NCBI GenBank assembly: GCA_014905635.1
Contig: JABVCE010000009.1
Location: 434,001 to 498,000, forward strand
Source: Scenedesmus sp. PABB004
Taxonomy: Eukaryota
Direction of reading: 5' to 3'
Length of the DNA stretch: 64,000 nt
Part shown: piece after piece, positions 1 to 13,148 of the stretch
Layout: each line of letters starts with the position of its first letter
How positions within the stretch are numbered: position 1 is the first letter of the stretch
Notes under the pieces: generated by a model
What the model was told of the DNA's origin: nothing
The model's input: the letters and a program-made list of their open reading frames with translations, nothing else
Databases searched by the model: none
Translations under genes and position numbers: made by a program

Positions 1-208
1 GCGCCGCGCACTGGAAGCGCCCGCTCTCCAGCACGGGCAGCAGCGGCACGCGCGGCTCCTCGCGGCGCATGTGCTGCAGGAAGCGCGACAGCGCGCCCTC
101 GGCGCCGCCCGGCGCCGCGGCGTCGCCGCCGCGCGGCAGCACCTTGACGCGGCCGTGCGACGCAAACACGAGCTCCAGCAGCAGCTGCGGCTGGGCGCCC
201 CGCTCGCT

Positions 209-244
<36 letters not shown>

Positions 245-1658
245 GCCGCCGCCGCTCCAGCACACGCGGTACTGCACGTGGCGCAGCCCCGACGGCGCGG
301 CCGCGGACGCGCGCCAGCGCGGCGGCGCGTCCTTGCCGCCGCCCGGCGTGAGCGCGGCTGCGGCGGCGGCGAGCGGCCAGGCCGTCAGCGCGAGCGCGTC
401 GAGCAGCAGGTCCTCGCACGCGCTGCTTGCCATGTCGGCGAGCTCGTTCAGCAGCGCCGTCGGCGCCGCGGCCGCGCTGCACGCGACGCGGCACGCCGTC
501 GCGAGTGCGTCGCCCGGCGACAGCGGCGCGCCCGGCAGCCAGCCGGCCGCGGCGCCCGGCCGCACGTCGACCCGCGCCGGCGCGACGCTCGCGCTGCCGG
601 CGCCGGCGCTGGCGCCGCCGCCCGGCGCGGCGGGGCCGTGCGCCGCGAAGTCGTAGCGCGGCTGCCACTCGAGGGCAAACTGCAGGTGCGGCCGCTCGCC
701 GCCGCTGGCCTTGGTGGCCGGCGCCAGCGGCGCGCCGCACTCGAGCACCGCGGTGCAGCTAGTGTAGGCTGCGAGCCTCACCAAGCCCGTGCCCTCCCAG
801 TTGAACAGCAGGCCGCAGGGGCTGGCGCCCGCCGCGGCCGGCGCGCCGTTGGCGAGGCCGTTGGCCGGCGGCGGCGCGGCGCCGCCCGCCTGCCGCGCCC
901 GCTTGGCCGGCGGCGAGGCGCCGCCGTCGCCGTCGCAGCCGTTGGCGGCGGCGGCCGCGCCGGCCGCGGCGGGCGGCGCGGGGCCGGGCCACATCGGCTG
1001 CCCCACCTCGACCACGGCCAGGCGCTGCCCGCCCCAGGCCAAGGCCTCGAGGCGGTGCAGCAGCGCCTGCATGTGCACCAGCCGCGCCAGCTGCAGCAAC
1101 GCGTCGCGCACGCTGTGCCCCGCGCGCAGGTCGTACTCGTGGCTGCTCTGGGGGCCGAGCCGCTGCTCGCCGTCGCCGCCGCCGCCGCCGCCAGGGGCCG
1201 CCGGCGGCTGGTGGTACACGCGTCCGTGCAGGACCATGCGCCACTGCCCGTACCCCGGGCCGCTGGTGAGCCAGACCTCACGCAGGCCGACCGCCGGCGG
1301 GGCGCAGCCGAGCTCGCGCGCGAGCGCCTGGAACAGCTGCAGCCCCGGCACGCCCAGCAGGCGCACGGCGGGCGGCCGCCGCGCGTGGACAGCGGGCTGG
1401 CCCGGCAGCGGCGCGACCTCCTCGTAGGACACCTGCAGCGCGTCGAGCTCCAGCAGCAGCCGCTCGTGCGTGAGCCGCGCCTGGCACCAGCGGACCGCCG
1501 CGGCGAGCTCCGCCGCGTGGGCCTCGGGCTGCAGCAGCCAGCCGCGCTGCCGCGGCCGCGGCGGCTGCGCGCCCGACGACTGCCGCTCGGGGGGCGCGGC
1601 GCCGTCCGCCGGCTGCTGCTGCCCGTCCGCGCCCTGTTCCAGCGGCTGCTCCTCCTGC

Positions 1659-1701
<43 letters not shown>

Positions 1702-4700
1702 GCTGCTGCAGCTCCTCCTGCTGCTGCCCGTCCGCGCCGGGCTGCTGCTGCTCGTCGTCCCGCTTGCGCTTGCGCTGCTGCGCGGCCGCCGCGGGCTCGG
1801 CGCCCGCGGCGTCGCCCCCGGCGCCGTCAGGCGCCGGCGCGACACCGGCGTACACGCTGACTGGCAGCCGCACGCGCTTGAGCACGGGGCCGGCCAGGCC
1901 CTGCGCGTCGCAGAGCACCAGCAGCAGGCAGTCGCGCGCCTCGCCCGCGACGCGGCGGCGCGGGAAGGACATCGCCAGCGTGGGCGCCAGCGCCGCCGCG
2001 CCGGCGCGCACGCCGCCGCCGGCGCCGTCGCCCGGCCCCGCCGGCGCTGCTGCGCCGCCAGGGCCTCCGCCGCACCAGGCGCCCGCCGCGAGCAGGAGCA
2101 TGTGGGGCGGCAGCGGCAGGTGCGGCATCGACAGATACATCACGTGCTGGCTGGAGCTGCGCACCGCGGCCGCAGCGTCGACGCTCGGCGCGCCGGCGGC
2201 GGCGCCGCCCATCGCCGCCGCCGCGGACGGCAGGCTGAGCAGCGCCGGCGCGCGCGGCAGGCCCCGCAGGTGGTGGCTGCTGTTGTGCAGCGCGAGGCTG
2301 CGCGCCGCGGACAGGAAGCTGCTGAGCTGAACCTTCATCCACAGCTCGCTGCAGAGGTCGGTCAGCCCCAGCGCGACGTCCTGCAGCGCCGCGAGCGCCG
2401 CCGCCGCCTCGCCCGCGCCGCCGCGCTGCGCGGCCGCGGCCGCGCGCGCGTCCTGCTTGGCCTGCAGCGCCTCCTGGTGCTGCGCGCGGCGCGGGCGGCG
2501 GCGGGCACGGGCGCGGCTCGGCGGCGCCCCGCCGGGCGCTGCGCCGCCGCGGCCGCCGCGGCCCCGCGCTGCCGGCGCGCGTGGCGCGGCCGCGCACCTG
2601 GTGCAGCGCAATGCCGACCTCCATGTTGAGCTCTCCGCCGTACGCGCCGCCCGGGCGCAGCACGACGCGGCCCGACCAGGGCTGGAACGAGACGCTCACC
2701 AGCGCGTGCCCGTCCAGCACGAGCACGAGCGCGTCGGGCATGCCCACGGCCACGCCCGTGGCGGGCGCTCCGCTGCTGCGCTCGGCTGGCTCGTCGCCGC
2801 CGTCCGCGCCGCGCTGGTCGTCGGCGTCCGGCAGCGCCGGCGGCCGCCGCGCGCCGCCCGCGCCGCCGAAGCTGCACAGCTCGAGCGCCACGAACGCCTG
2901 CAGCCCGCGCTGGCGCAGCACCTGGGCGAGGCCCTTCCGCAGGATGTGCAGCTGCGTGCTCGCGGTCACAGCGACCGCCTGCAGCAGCAGCCCCTCCACG
3001 TCCACGGTGTGGCTGTCCAGCGCCAGCGCCGCCTGCTCCAGGCCGCCCGGGAGGCGCAGCGGCGGCAGGTGCATGACCGCGACCGTGCCGTCGCTGCCGA
3101 GGCCCACCTCCACCGCCGGCAGCGCGCGCGCCGCGGCGCCCCCGCCCGCGCCGCCGCCCGCGTCGGCGCCGGCGCGCCGCCGCCGCCGCCCGGCTGCGCG
3201 GCGAGCATCACGGGCACCTGCTGCCAGTAGCTGAGGCGCAGCCCCGGCGAGAGCACCTCCGCCTTGCTCAGCCGCAGGTGCCCCGCCCAGCGGCCGCCGG
3301 GCGCGGCGAGGCGCTCCGCTGCGAGCCGCGCCTCGTGCAGCAGCACCTGCGCCGCCACGTCGCGCAGCACGCCGTGCATCACGCGCAGCGGCAGGCTGAC
3401 CTCGTCCGCGGCGTAGCGTTCGAGGTCGAGCCCCCGCCCCGCGTCGGCCGCGGCGGCGGCCGACACGCCGCTCACGCCCGTCGCGCCCGTCGCGGCGCTC
3501 TCGCCGCGGCTCGCGCCCGACGCCGTCGGCGCGGCCTGCGCCGAGCCCGCAGGCGCGGGCGCGTCGCCGGCGGGCGCGCCGCCGCGCGCCGCCGCCGCGA
3601 CCGCCGCCGCGTCGGCGGCGTACCACATCCGCTCGCGCAGCGCGCGCAGCAGCTGGTCCAGCTGCACCTGCCGCAGCGGCGGCTTGCCCGCGGCGCCCGG
3701 CAGCAGCACTGCGTGCGCGAGCGTCCACTGCCACCGCACTTCCGGTGCGCCGGCGCCGGCGGCGTCCTGCGGCGGCGCTGCCGCTGCAGCGTCCGCTGGG
3801 GCGCCACCGCCCAGCTGCCCCGCGCCCGGCTGCTGCTCCTCCGCGCCCGGCTGCTGCGCCGCGGCCTGATCCGCGCCCGGCTGCGCCGCGGCCGGCCGCG
3901 CCGCGTCCTCCCGCGCCTCGGCCAGCTGCGGCGGGTAGGGCTGCTGGAAGAGGGAGAGTTGCACCTCATACAGCCCTCGGCACGCCAGCACCGCGTAGCC
4001 GCCCCTCACCGCCACCAGCTCCAGGCACGCCGGCAGGTGCGCCTGCGGCGCGGAGGGCGCGGCGGCTCTGCGGCGGCGCGGGCGGCGGCCGGGGGCACGG
4101 GCGGCGGCGCGGGGGGGGGGGGGGGGGCGCGGGGCGCGCCTGCAGCAGGTGGGCATAGAGCAGATGGTCCAGGTGCGCCACGAGGCGGCGCTGCTGCGCG
4201 GCGGGCAGCTCCCGCGGCCCGCGCAGGTCCTGGATTGCCGCCGGCAGGCTGCTGTACGTGCCTGCGGGGCGCCGCCGGGCGCCGCGGCTGAGCTGCCGCG
4301 CCAGCGCGCGCCGCCGCCGCTCGTCGCGCGCGCCGCTCGCCGCGCGCCGCCGCCCGCAGCGCCGCGCGCGCACAGAGCACGCCGCGCCGCACCCGTGGCG
4401 AGCACGTCGAGCGCGCATGGGACGTTGAAGAGCGGGACGCGCTGGAAGCGCAGCTCCGCGTTGGCGCGCACGAGCTCGTCCGCGGCCGACTGCAGCGCGC
4501 GCGCGTGGCTGCCCGCTCGATCGAGCGGGCCGCCGGGCGCGACGAGCTGCGCGAGCGGCGGCAGCTTGCGCGTGTCGTGCAGCAGCGTCGCGCAGCGCAG
4601 CAGCTGCTGCCGCGCGCCGTGCACGTAGCCCAGCAGCGCCTGGGGCCTGCGGAGGCGGCGGCGCGCGGCAGCAGCAGCGGCGCCGCGCGGCGGCAGCGTG

Positions 4701-5104
4701 AGCGTGCGGCTTCGCGCCCGCGGCGCGCGCGGCCGGCGCCGGCGAGGAGTCAGGCCCCCGGGGCCGGCGAGTGGGGGCGGACGGGCGCCCAGGGGCGCGC
4801 CTGCCCCCCCGCCAACCACCGGCGCGAGTTGCGAGGCCCCTGCCCCGGCCAGGGCGCCGGGCGCACGCGGCCGGCGAGCCCCGATCCAGCCGCGGGGTCT
4901 CTGCTGTGCGAATCGGGGCCGCGCGCGCCGCGGCGCCTCGCCCACGCACCTCTGCGCCGGCTCCGCGCTCGCTTGATCGGCCAGCAGCGCGCCAAACTGC
5001 GCCTGCAGCCGGTCCGCGACGGCCTGCAGGACGCCGCCGAGGTTGGACAGCGGCTGGGCGCCCGCGAGGACGCCCTGCTGCGGCCCCTGGTCGGCGTCGG
5101 CCAT
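1..5104 (-). CDS. MED14: Mediator of RNA polymerase II transcription subunit 14; multi-exon, 3' end runs off the window
   Basis: ATG at 5104. Spliced N-terminus ...RFQRVPLFNVPCALDVLATG|TYSSLPAAIQDL... matches the Med14 N-terminal motif (P-x-F/Y-x-V-P-x-A-x-D/E-V-L-x-T-G-x-Y-x-x-L-P). A long exon from about 2480 to 1 appears stop-free and carries a polyQ tract. Apparent 1-nt frameshift near 3175. Confidence 0.8.
1661..1700 (-). repeat. (CAG)n microsatellite encoding polyQ in MED14
   Basis: Run of ctg repeats on the + strand; reads QQQQ... on the - strand. Confidence 0.85.
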
Positions 5105-6195
5105 TCTGCCTGCTGCTGCTGCCGACTGCCCGCGCTCGCGGGCGCGGGCGGGCCTCACGCCATGCCGCTGCCACCCGCGTGCGGGCCGGGATCACGGCGC
5201 CGCGCCAGGCGAGCCAGCAGACGCACAAGCGCAGGCGATGGGGCGGCGGCGGAGCTGCCGCAGCGCTGCTGCGTTCGACTCTTTTCTCGGTCGGCTCGCG
5301 GCGCGGCTGCTCCGCTGCGCGCGTGTGCGGCCGAACGACCGACTGGGGGCACGGCGAGGGCGGCTCCAGCTTCTCCGCTGGTTTAACGCGACGAGCAACG
5401 ACGCTCTGAACTCGACAAACTCGACACCGGCGACGCGCACCACGAGACCGCGCGCGCATGCTTTGCAGCACCAGGACGCCCTCTCAGTGAGGCAGTGAGG
5501 CAGTGAGACAAGCGATCATGAGAACGACACGACGACGACCAGAGCACAAACAGGCGGCACGGCACTGCACCACGACGACCCGACCACCAACGACTCAGCA
5601 CAACGACCACCAGCGGCACGGCACCGCTCCAACCAACAACGCTCGCTCACCACCACGCTCTCGACGACGACGCCAAACACACGCACAAACGGGGGCCGCC
5701 GGAGGGCGCCGCCACGCGGCGCTCGGCAAAACAAGGAGGGCCCCGCCCCGCGGGCGGGGCTGCGGGCAGGACGGTGCCTCCTGCGGCGGGCCTGGCGGCG
5801 GCGCGGGCGCCCGCGGCGGGCGCGCGCGCGGCCAGCCCCGCCTCGGCGCAGCGCGCTGCACTGCTCTAAACAGGAAAGAAAGGAAGGACGCCCACCCATC
5901 ACAGCGGCGCACGCACACGCATGCAGCCCCGGGCTCGGCACACGCGCGCGTTTCTGTTGCTCCAAACACACGAGACCTGGGCAGCCAGTGACAGCAGCGC
6001 CACGCAAACCTGAGACAGACAGAGCTACAAGTGGCCGCGTGTGTGGTACCGTGTACACGGCGGGGGGCGGCCGCGCTGGGGCGGCCGCCTGCGCGCCCCC
6101 AGGGTGAGGTTGAGTCAAGTCCTGCGACGCCGGGGGCCAGGGCGGCCAGCGGCTGGGCCAGCAACCCAGCCAGGCAGAGCTCTGGTGGCTCGCGC

Positions 6196-7959
6196 TCAGA
6201 ACGCGATGACCGCGGCCGAGGTGTTGTCCGCGTCGGCGTCGGGGCTGCACTCGGCGAGCATGACCGCGTCGGCCACGAGCTGCGCCGCCGCGTCGGCCGC
6301 GCTGCCGCCGCTGGAGAGCACGTCCATCACGCGGTTCGCCGCCTCGCGCGCGTCCATCACCTCCCACACGCCGTCGCTCGCGACGATCTGCGCGGCGGCG
6401 GCGCGGCCGGCGGCGTCGCGGCGGCGCGGGGGCGCGCGGTCGGCGGCGCGCCGCGCGTGCGGCGCCGCGCCGCGTGTGCGGCGCCCCTTCAGCGCCGCGC
6501 CGCGCCGCGCCGGGCGCCGCGCACCAGGCACGCGTCCTCGGGCGCGAGCTCGACCCGCGTGACCGCGGGCTCGGCGAGCACGCCCGCGGCCTCCAGGTTT
6601 TTGTGCCCGAGCGCGCGCGTGACGCTCAGCTCGTAGCCCGCCCAGAGGCCCGAGAAGACGGACAGGTAGCCGCGGTCGTCGGAGATGCTGCAGCGGCGCG
6701 CGGCGCGGCGCGTGTGGGCGACCGCACGCACGAGCGCGGCGCGCGCAGCGGCGGCGGCGGGGCGCGTGCGTGGGTTGCTCACCGCGCGGTGTGGCCGTAC
6801 TTGGCGGCAATGCGCGCCGCCTCGTCCTCGTTGCGGCCGTTGTGGTCGGTCGTGAGGAAGCGGACCACGACGTCGCCGTCGGCGTCGAGGCTCACGAGCG
6901 CCGCGGCGCTGTCGCCGACGTTGGCCACCGCGAGCGCGCCGCCCTGCACCGCTGCGAGCGTGGCGGTCGTGCCGCACTCGAGCAGCCGGTCGCCCACCTG
7001 CGCCGCCGCGGCGGGGGCGGGGGTCGGCAGGGGCGCGCGCGGGGCGCGCGCGCGTGGGGCGCGCGGGGCGCGCACGCAGCGCGGCGCTCACGCAGCGCGA
7101 GTCGCCGTCCGCGCGGTAGATGGGCAGGCCGTGGGGGCGGTACAGCGTGTAGCGCACCCTGGGCCTGGCGGGGCGCGCGGGGCGGCGGCAGGGCGGCCGG
7201 GGCCGGGCGTCAGGGGCGAGAGGGCGAGGGGGCGAGGGGGCGAGGGGGCGAGGAGGGGCGGCACGGCGCGGCCGGCCGCCCCGGGCGCCGCCTCACATCG
7301 CGCCGCAGGGGTAGGTGATGGCGGGCGGCGGGTCGTCGTACACGCGCAGCGATGCCTCGTGCGCGCGCTCGAACGCGGCGCGCAGCGCGCCCACGAGCGC
7401 GTCGGGCGGCTGCGCGAGCAGGCCGCCCGCGCCGGCGGCCTTGCGCGCCCGCGCGCAGACGTCGTCCGCGAGCGCGCGGCCCGCCTGCGCCGCCGCGAGC
7501 TCGCCGAGCATGCCGTGGCCTGCGCGCGGGCGTCGCAGGTTTGTGCGCGGTTGTGTGCGCGCGCGGGCGGGGCGCCGGCGCGCGCGCGGGCGGGGCGCCG
7601 GCGCACGCGCAGGCGGGGCGGCGCCAACTGCTGCGCACCGTCGAGCACCGCCGCCACGCAGCACTGGCTCAGCTCCGGCCGCGCGCGCAGCTCCTCCTCG
7701 CTCCAGGCACTCTGCAGGACCTGGAGGCGGCGGCGGCGGTGCGCGTGGGCCGGCGGGGCGCGCGGGCCGCGAGCAGCGCCAAGGGCGGCGCGGCGCTGCT
7801 CGCGCCGCCGCCGCGGCCGCCGGGCGCGCGCGTGGGGCGCCCGCATGCCCCGGCCCCGCGCACCACGACGTCCTGGTTGAGGTCCGGGCCGTATCTGTTG
7901 CCGGGCAGCGTGGCGGAGCCCATGGATGGCCGCGCCGCGGGCGCCTCCTGCACGCCCAT
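6196..7959 (-). CDS. Protein phosphatase 2C (PPM family), about 7 exons
   Basis: Spliced motifs NQD, VLDG|HG, CGTTATLA, ANVGDS, TTDHN, LSVTRALG, IVASDGVWE and DNTSAAVI give the full set of PP2C motifs. Stop TGA at 6196-6198. Confidence 0.9.
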
Positions 7960-8298
7960 CGCTGCGCCGCTTGCCCCGGTGCGGGGACGCCCTCAGCTCG
8001 AGATCGCAGGCCCTGCTAGTCCACACGGCGCGTGTTGGGGGCGCATGCGCGCGCTCGAGGGCGGTCCACCCGGCGAGTGCCTGGCGCGCCCCGCGGACCA
8101 CCGTGAGAGCTGGCGCGGCGGACTTTGTGAGCGGGCTGAGCCGCCCAGGGCCGCCGAACGAACTGACCGAGACCGCTGCCTTTCTGTCTGCCCATCTCCT
8201 GCTCCACCCGCAGTCCCGGCCCGCACACTCACACTCATTAGCATGACGCGCCCTAGTAGCCCCTGGTAGGCGGCGGCGCGCCATAAAACAGAGCAGCA

Positions 8299-11200
8299 AT
8301 GGCCGCGCTGGCGCCCTGGCGCTGGCCGGCGGGCGGCCTGAGCGCTCCCCGGGAAGGGGGCGGCTGGTGGAGCCTGCACGGCCTGGCGCTGCTGGCGGCG
8401 CTGGCGCTGGGGTGCGGCGCGGGCGGCGCGCCATTCGCTGCTGCCTCCCGCGGCCCCCGCGCGCCGCGTGCCGGCCTCGGCCCGCCCACCCTGCCCCACC
8501 CGCGCGGCGCGTCCCGCAGCTACTCCTACGTCGTCCCCACGCTGGCGGCGGGCGGCTGGCTGGTGCGGGGCGGCCAGGGGTGCCAGCTCGGCCGGGGCGC
8601 CCTGTGTGGACACACGATGGCACGCCGCGCCGCCCCCGGCCCCCCAACCCCGCGCGCCCGCCGCCGCAGGCCTCGCCCTCGCTCGCCGTGGCGCTGCTGG
8701 GCCTGGCGGTCGTGCAGCGCGCCCGCCTGGCGGCGGCCCCGCCCGGTGCGGCGCCGCGCGGCGCCCAATTGCCCGCGCCGCAGCCGCCGCCGGGCGCGGG
8801 CGGGCCCCAGCGACCGCCGGCCCGCGCGCGGCGCGGCGGCCGCGCCCGCGCGCGCCGGCGCGCCGCGGCCCGGCCGGCGCGATGCTGCCGAGATGCGCGG
8901 CGGCGCCGGATTGCGCGCGCGCCACGGCCCCGGCGCGCGCCGCCGACGCCCCCGCGCGCTGCCAACGCGCCCCGCAGGCTGCGGCAGCGGCCGCGGCGCC
9001 GCGGCGGACTGCGGCGGCGCGGCGGCGCGACCGCGCGGCGGCGCTGGCGGCGGCGGCGGTGGCAGCAGCGTGCAGTCGTTCCGCCTGGCGCAGGGCAACT
9101 TTGCAGACCTGTCGTGCGGCATCGCGCCCAGCTCCACCAGCACGGCTAGCTACGGATGCGGGGGGAGGGCGCGCCGGCGGCGGCTGCCGCGCGTCTCGAT
9201 CGAGGTGCGTGGGCCGCAGCTCCGCCCCCGGCTCCCCGCGACCTGCGGCGCCCCCAGCCGCTAGCGGCGGCGCTAGCGCCGGCCGCGGCGCGCTCACGCG
9301 CCGCCGGCGCCCGCCGCCCGCCCGGCGCCGCCGCAGCTCACGCCGCTGCCGCGGCTGTCGCTGGAGTTCCAGCAGCACAGCGGCGGCCGCGCGCGGCGCC
9401 TGGGCGGCGGCGGCCCCGACGACTGCGCGCTCTTTGGCGCGCGCTGGCAGCCGAGCATGGTGCGCATCCGGTCGGGCCAGGACCTCCAGTCGCTCGGCGA
9501 GGCCTGCGACGACTGGGCGGCCGCGCGCGGCGCCGGCGCCGGCGAGGAGGCTCCGCCCTGCGCGTGCGAGGCGACCGAGTCACTCGGCCGCGGCGCGCTC
9601 GCGCCGGAGCACGCACACCTGGACGAGGTGCGGCGCCGCGCTGCGAGGCGCCGGGGCCGGGCCGCCGCCGGTGCCGCCGCCGCTGCAGCGGTCGCGCAGG
9701 CGGCCGCCGCTGGCAGCGCCTGCGCGCCGCGCCGGCGCGCGTTTGACCGCCCGCCGCCCGCCGCCCGCGCGCGCCGCCGCGGCGCAGGTCATCAACGAGG
9801 CCCACCTGCTGCAGGTCGGCGCGATGCTGGGCGAGGCGTCGAGCCGCGCCGCGCTCGCGGCGCGCGAGGCGGGCGGCCCGGTCGGGCACCCGGGCAGCTT
9901 CTACGGCAGCGCCGACACCGACGCGTGCCTCGGCCCCTGGGACCTGCTCGTCGCCGAGGCGAGCGCGAGCGTGCTCTACTGGGCGTGGCGCCGCCCGCTG
10001 CGCAAGGGCCTGCACATGTACATGACCCGCAGCGTCTTCCTCGGCGCCAGCCCCGCCGAGCTGCGCGCGTTCATGGCGGACGACGCCTTCCGCGTCGTCT
10101 GGGACGCCGCGATGCTCGTGCTGCGCCCGGTCGGCGGCGGCGCGGGCGCCGGCGGCGGCAACGCGAGCGTCGAGGCGATGGCGGCGGCGGCCGCGGCGCG
10201 CGCGTCGTCGTCGGGCGGCGGCGGCGGCGGCGGCGGCGCCGCCGACGGCCCGGCGTCCCCGTTTGCGGACGCGGCGGGCGCGGCCGAGGCGGGGCAGCGG
10301 CCGGAGGCGGTTGCGGCGCTGCTGCAGACGGAGGTGCTGCCGCACGAGAACGGCGTGCTGCAGGCGCTCGTGCAGTTCCCCAAGCCCATGGCGAGCCGCG
10401 CGTACCTCTACGCGCGCCGCGTGTGGCCCCGCCCGTCCGACGGCGGCTGCTACTGCCTCTCCAAGGCCTGCGCGCCGCCGGGCGGCGGGGCGGCGCCGGC
10501 GCTGCCGGCGCGCGGCGTGTCGGTGGACGACTACGTCTCGGGCTGCGTCGTGCGCGCGCCCGCGCCGGGGCTGCTGCCGCGCGGCTACGCCGGCCCCGCG
10601 GCCGAGGTGTTCATGGTGTACTTTGAGGACAGCCACGTGCGCCCCGGCCTGGCCAACCTGGGCATCAAAAAGGGCCTCTGGCCGCTCGTGCAGCGCACCG
10701 ACAAGGCCCTGCGCGTGTACCAGGCCGGCGCGGCGGCCAACGCGCACCTCGCGGCGGGCGCCGGCGCCGGCGCCGGCGCCGCCGCGGCGCGCGCGCCGAC
10801 GGAGGCCGGCGACGCGGAGCGGCCGGCGCCGGCGGCGCCGCTGCGGCGCAGCGTGTCGATGCCGAGCCCCAGCGCGCTCAGCCGGCAGGGCTCGCTGCAG
10901 GCCGGAGGCGCGGCGGGCAGCGCGGCGGGCGCGGCGCTGCCCGCCAGCCCCGCCAAGCCGGCGCCCGCGTCGGCGGCGGGCGGGGGCGCGGCGGCAGGCG
11001 CGCGCGCGACCACCGACGGCCAGCGCGGCGGCAAGGCGGCGGCGTCCGCGTACGCGGCGGCGGACGCGGGCGGCTGGTGGGGCGCGCCTGCGCGCGCCCT
11101 GGGCGGCGCCGTCAGGGGCGCGGGCCAGCTGCTCGCGGCCGCGTCGGTCGCGCTGTGGCGCCTGCACACGCGGCTGGCGCTGATGGTGCCCGCCCTGGAG

Positions 11201-12067
11201 TGGCGCCTGCTCCGCTGGCTGCTGCGCACCCTCGCCGCGCCGGGGCGGCTGCTGCTGGGCGCGCCGGCGGCGGCGGAGCCGAGGGCGCTGCGCGGCGTGA
11301 GCAGCCACCCCATCGGCGACTGGGCGCACCCGGGCGCGCTGCCGCGCCTGCAGGCGAGCAGCGCGGGCCCGTCGCTGCTGCGCGTCGCGTCGCACCCGCT
11401 GGCGGCGGAGGAGCTGCAGCGCGCGCTGGAGGAGGCGCCCGCCTGCGCGTCGGGCGCCCGCGCGCCCGCGCCGTCGCGGCTGTGGAGCAGCGGCGGCGGC
11501 AGCGCGCGCGACGCGCCGGCGCCGCCCGGCGTGCGCGCCCACCACTGCGGCAGCTGCCCCGGGGCGCTGCGCGGCGGCGGCGACGATGCGGCGCCTGATG
11601 CGGGCACGCCTGCGAGCAGCCGCTGCGGCTCGCTCGGCTGCGCGAGCGCAGCGTCGTCGCTGCGGCACTGCTGCGGCAGCGCGAGCTGCCGCACGTGCGC
11701 CGCCAGCCTCGACGCGCTCCGCGCGACGCACAGCGCGGATCCGCCCCGTGGCGGCGCAGCCAGCGGGAGCAGCGCCGGCGGCTGTTCCTGCTCCTGCTCC
11801 TGCTCTGCGGCGTGGGAGGCCGCCTCGCTGACCGGCAGCGACGCCGCGGCGGCGCTCGGCGCGAGCGCGAGCGCCTGCGGCAGCGCCTGCTGCGTCGGCG
11901 GCCGCGGCGCGGGCGTGTGCCTGCGCAGCAGCTGCGGGGGCGGCTGCGGCGGCAGCCTGCGCGTGAGCGCGGGCGGGCGCCGGCAGCGCCGCCTGGTCGT
12001 GCGGCTCGTGCAGGCCGCCGGCGCGCGCGTGGCGCACAAGCTTCTGTCGGCGCTGGAGCAGCCGTGA
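8299..12067 (+). CDS. START (lipid-binding, STARD2/7-like) domain protein with hydrophobic N-terminus and Cys-rich C-terminal tail
   Basis: Main exon (about 9788-12067) encodes YWAWRRPLRKGLHMYMTRSVF..ASPAELRAFMADDAFRVVWD..VQFPKPMASRAYLYARRVW..CYCLSKAC..FMVYFED..GIKKGLWP, typical of plant/algal START proteins. 5' exon structure is approximate. Confidence 0.8.
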
Positions 12068-13148
12068 CCGCGGCGCGCCGGTGCGGCGCCGCGAGGGGGG
12101 ACCGCACGTACAGACGTTCTCATGTCGCGGCCGCGCCCGAGAGAGACCCCCCGGGGCGCGCCCGGCCACAGCGGGCCGCGCCGCGGTGGTTGTTGCTGGG
12201 AGAGTGGGCCCGCGCGAGAGGGCAGCACTTGACTGCAGCGGCGGGGGCGCCGCGGCGCTCGCGGTTTTTTCATCCCGCCGCACCGTGGCAGTGGTTTTCG
12301 AATTGTTGGGAGGTACTCGGCTGCAGGCTGGTGTGGCCGCTGCTGTGCGCCGCCGGCCGCCTGCCGCCCCGGGCGGCGGCGGCCGGCGGGCGCGGGCGCG
12401 GCCGAGGGGGCGCACGCCCCCGCCTGCGCCGGCCCCCTTGCGCGGCATGCAGCGCGGCGGCTGGCCGCCTGCGGCGGCGCGAACGATGACGACACACCCG
12501 GCGGCCGCGTTTTCATCGCTGCGGCGCGCGCGGAGCGTGTGTGCTGTATGCGGCTGCGATTTTTCGCTGCAGCTGCGCGGGGGCCTCGCTGCCCCGAGTC
12601 CTGATTTTGCTCTTGGATCCCCCTGTGCCACGCACACACCTAGCTGGATGTTTGCCGTGCGCCCAGCACGCAGCACATAAAAAACAACAAGGCAGCGCGA
12701 GAAAGGACGGGGAGCGTGGCGGCGCGAGGCAGGGCCAGGCCGCAGGCAGGCGTTGTCGACGTAGGTCCGAGTCAAAACCAGCGAGGAGAGGCCGCCCGCG
12801 TGGCACACGCGGCGGGCGGCGACCGCCCACGTCCTGTGGCGGGGGCTGCGCCGGAGGGCGAGGCGGCGCGCAGTTGTTGTTGCCGCCGCGCACGAGGTCA
12901 TAAACGCGAATTCGCCGCGACGCGTCATCGTCCGCGGTTCAGCTCAACCGCATCAGGTCGCCTCGCTCGCGAGGCGCTCCCGGCCGGCCCCCACATCCAC
13001 CGCAGGCGGCCGCCAGCACTCAGGCAGCCGGGCGGCATAGTGACAGCGCGCCGCCGCCGGCGCGCAGCAGCGGCGCGCGCCGCGGTCTGCCCCGCCCAGC
13101 AGCAGCGCTCCCGTCTCACCCCCGCGCCCGTCCCTGCGCCTGCTCGCG

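Noticed and set aside
71..2629. 852-aa plus-strand ORF
   Set aside because: Antisense shadow of the large MED14 exon; the poly-Leu run is the reverse complement of polyQ, and stops are rare at this GC content.
5480..5700. A/C-rich stretch with short repeats (cagtgagg x3, acgacg) as an ncRNA or element
   Set aside because: Looks like ordinary low-complexity UTR or intergenic sequence; I see no stable structure or second copy.
9338..12928. 1196-aa minus-strand ORF
   Set aside because: Arg/Ala low-complexity shadow of the START gene with no recognisable domain.
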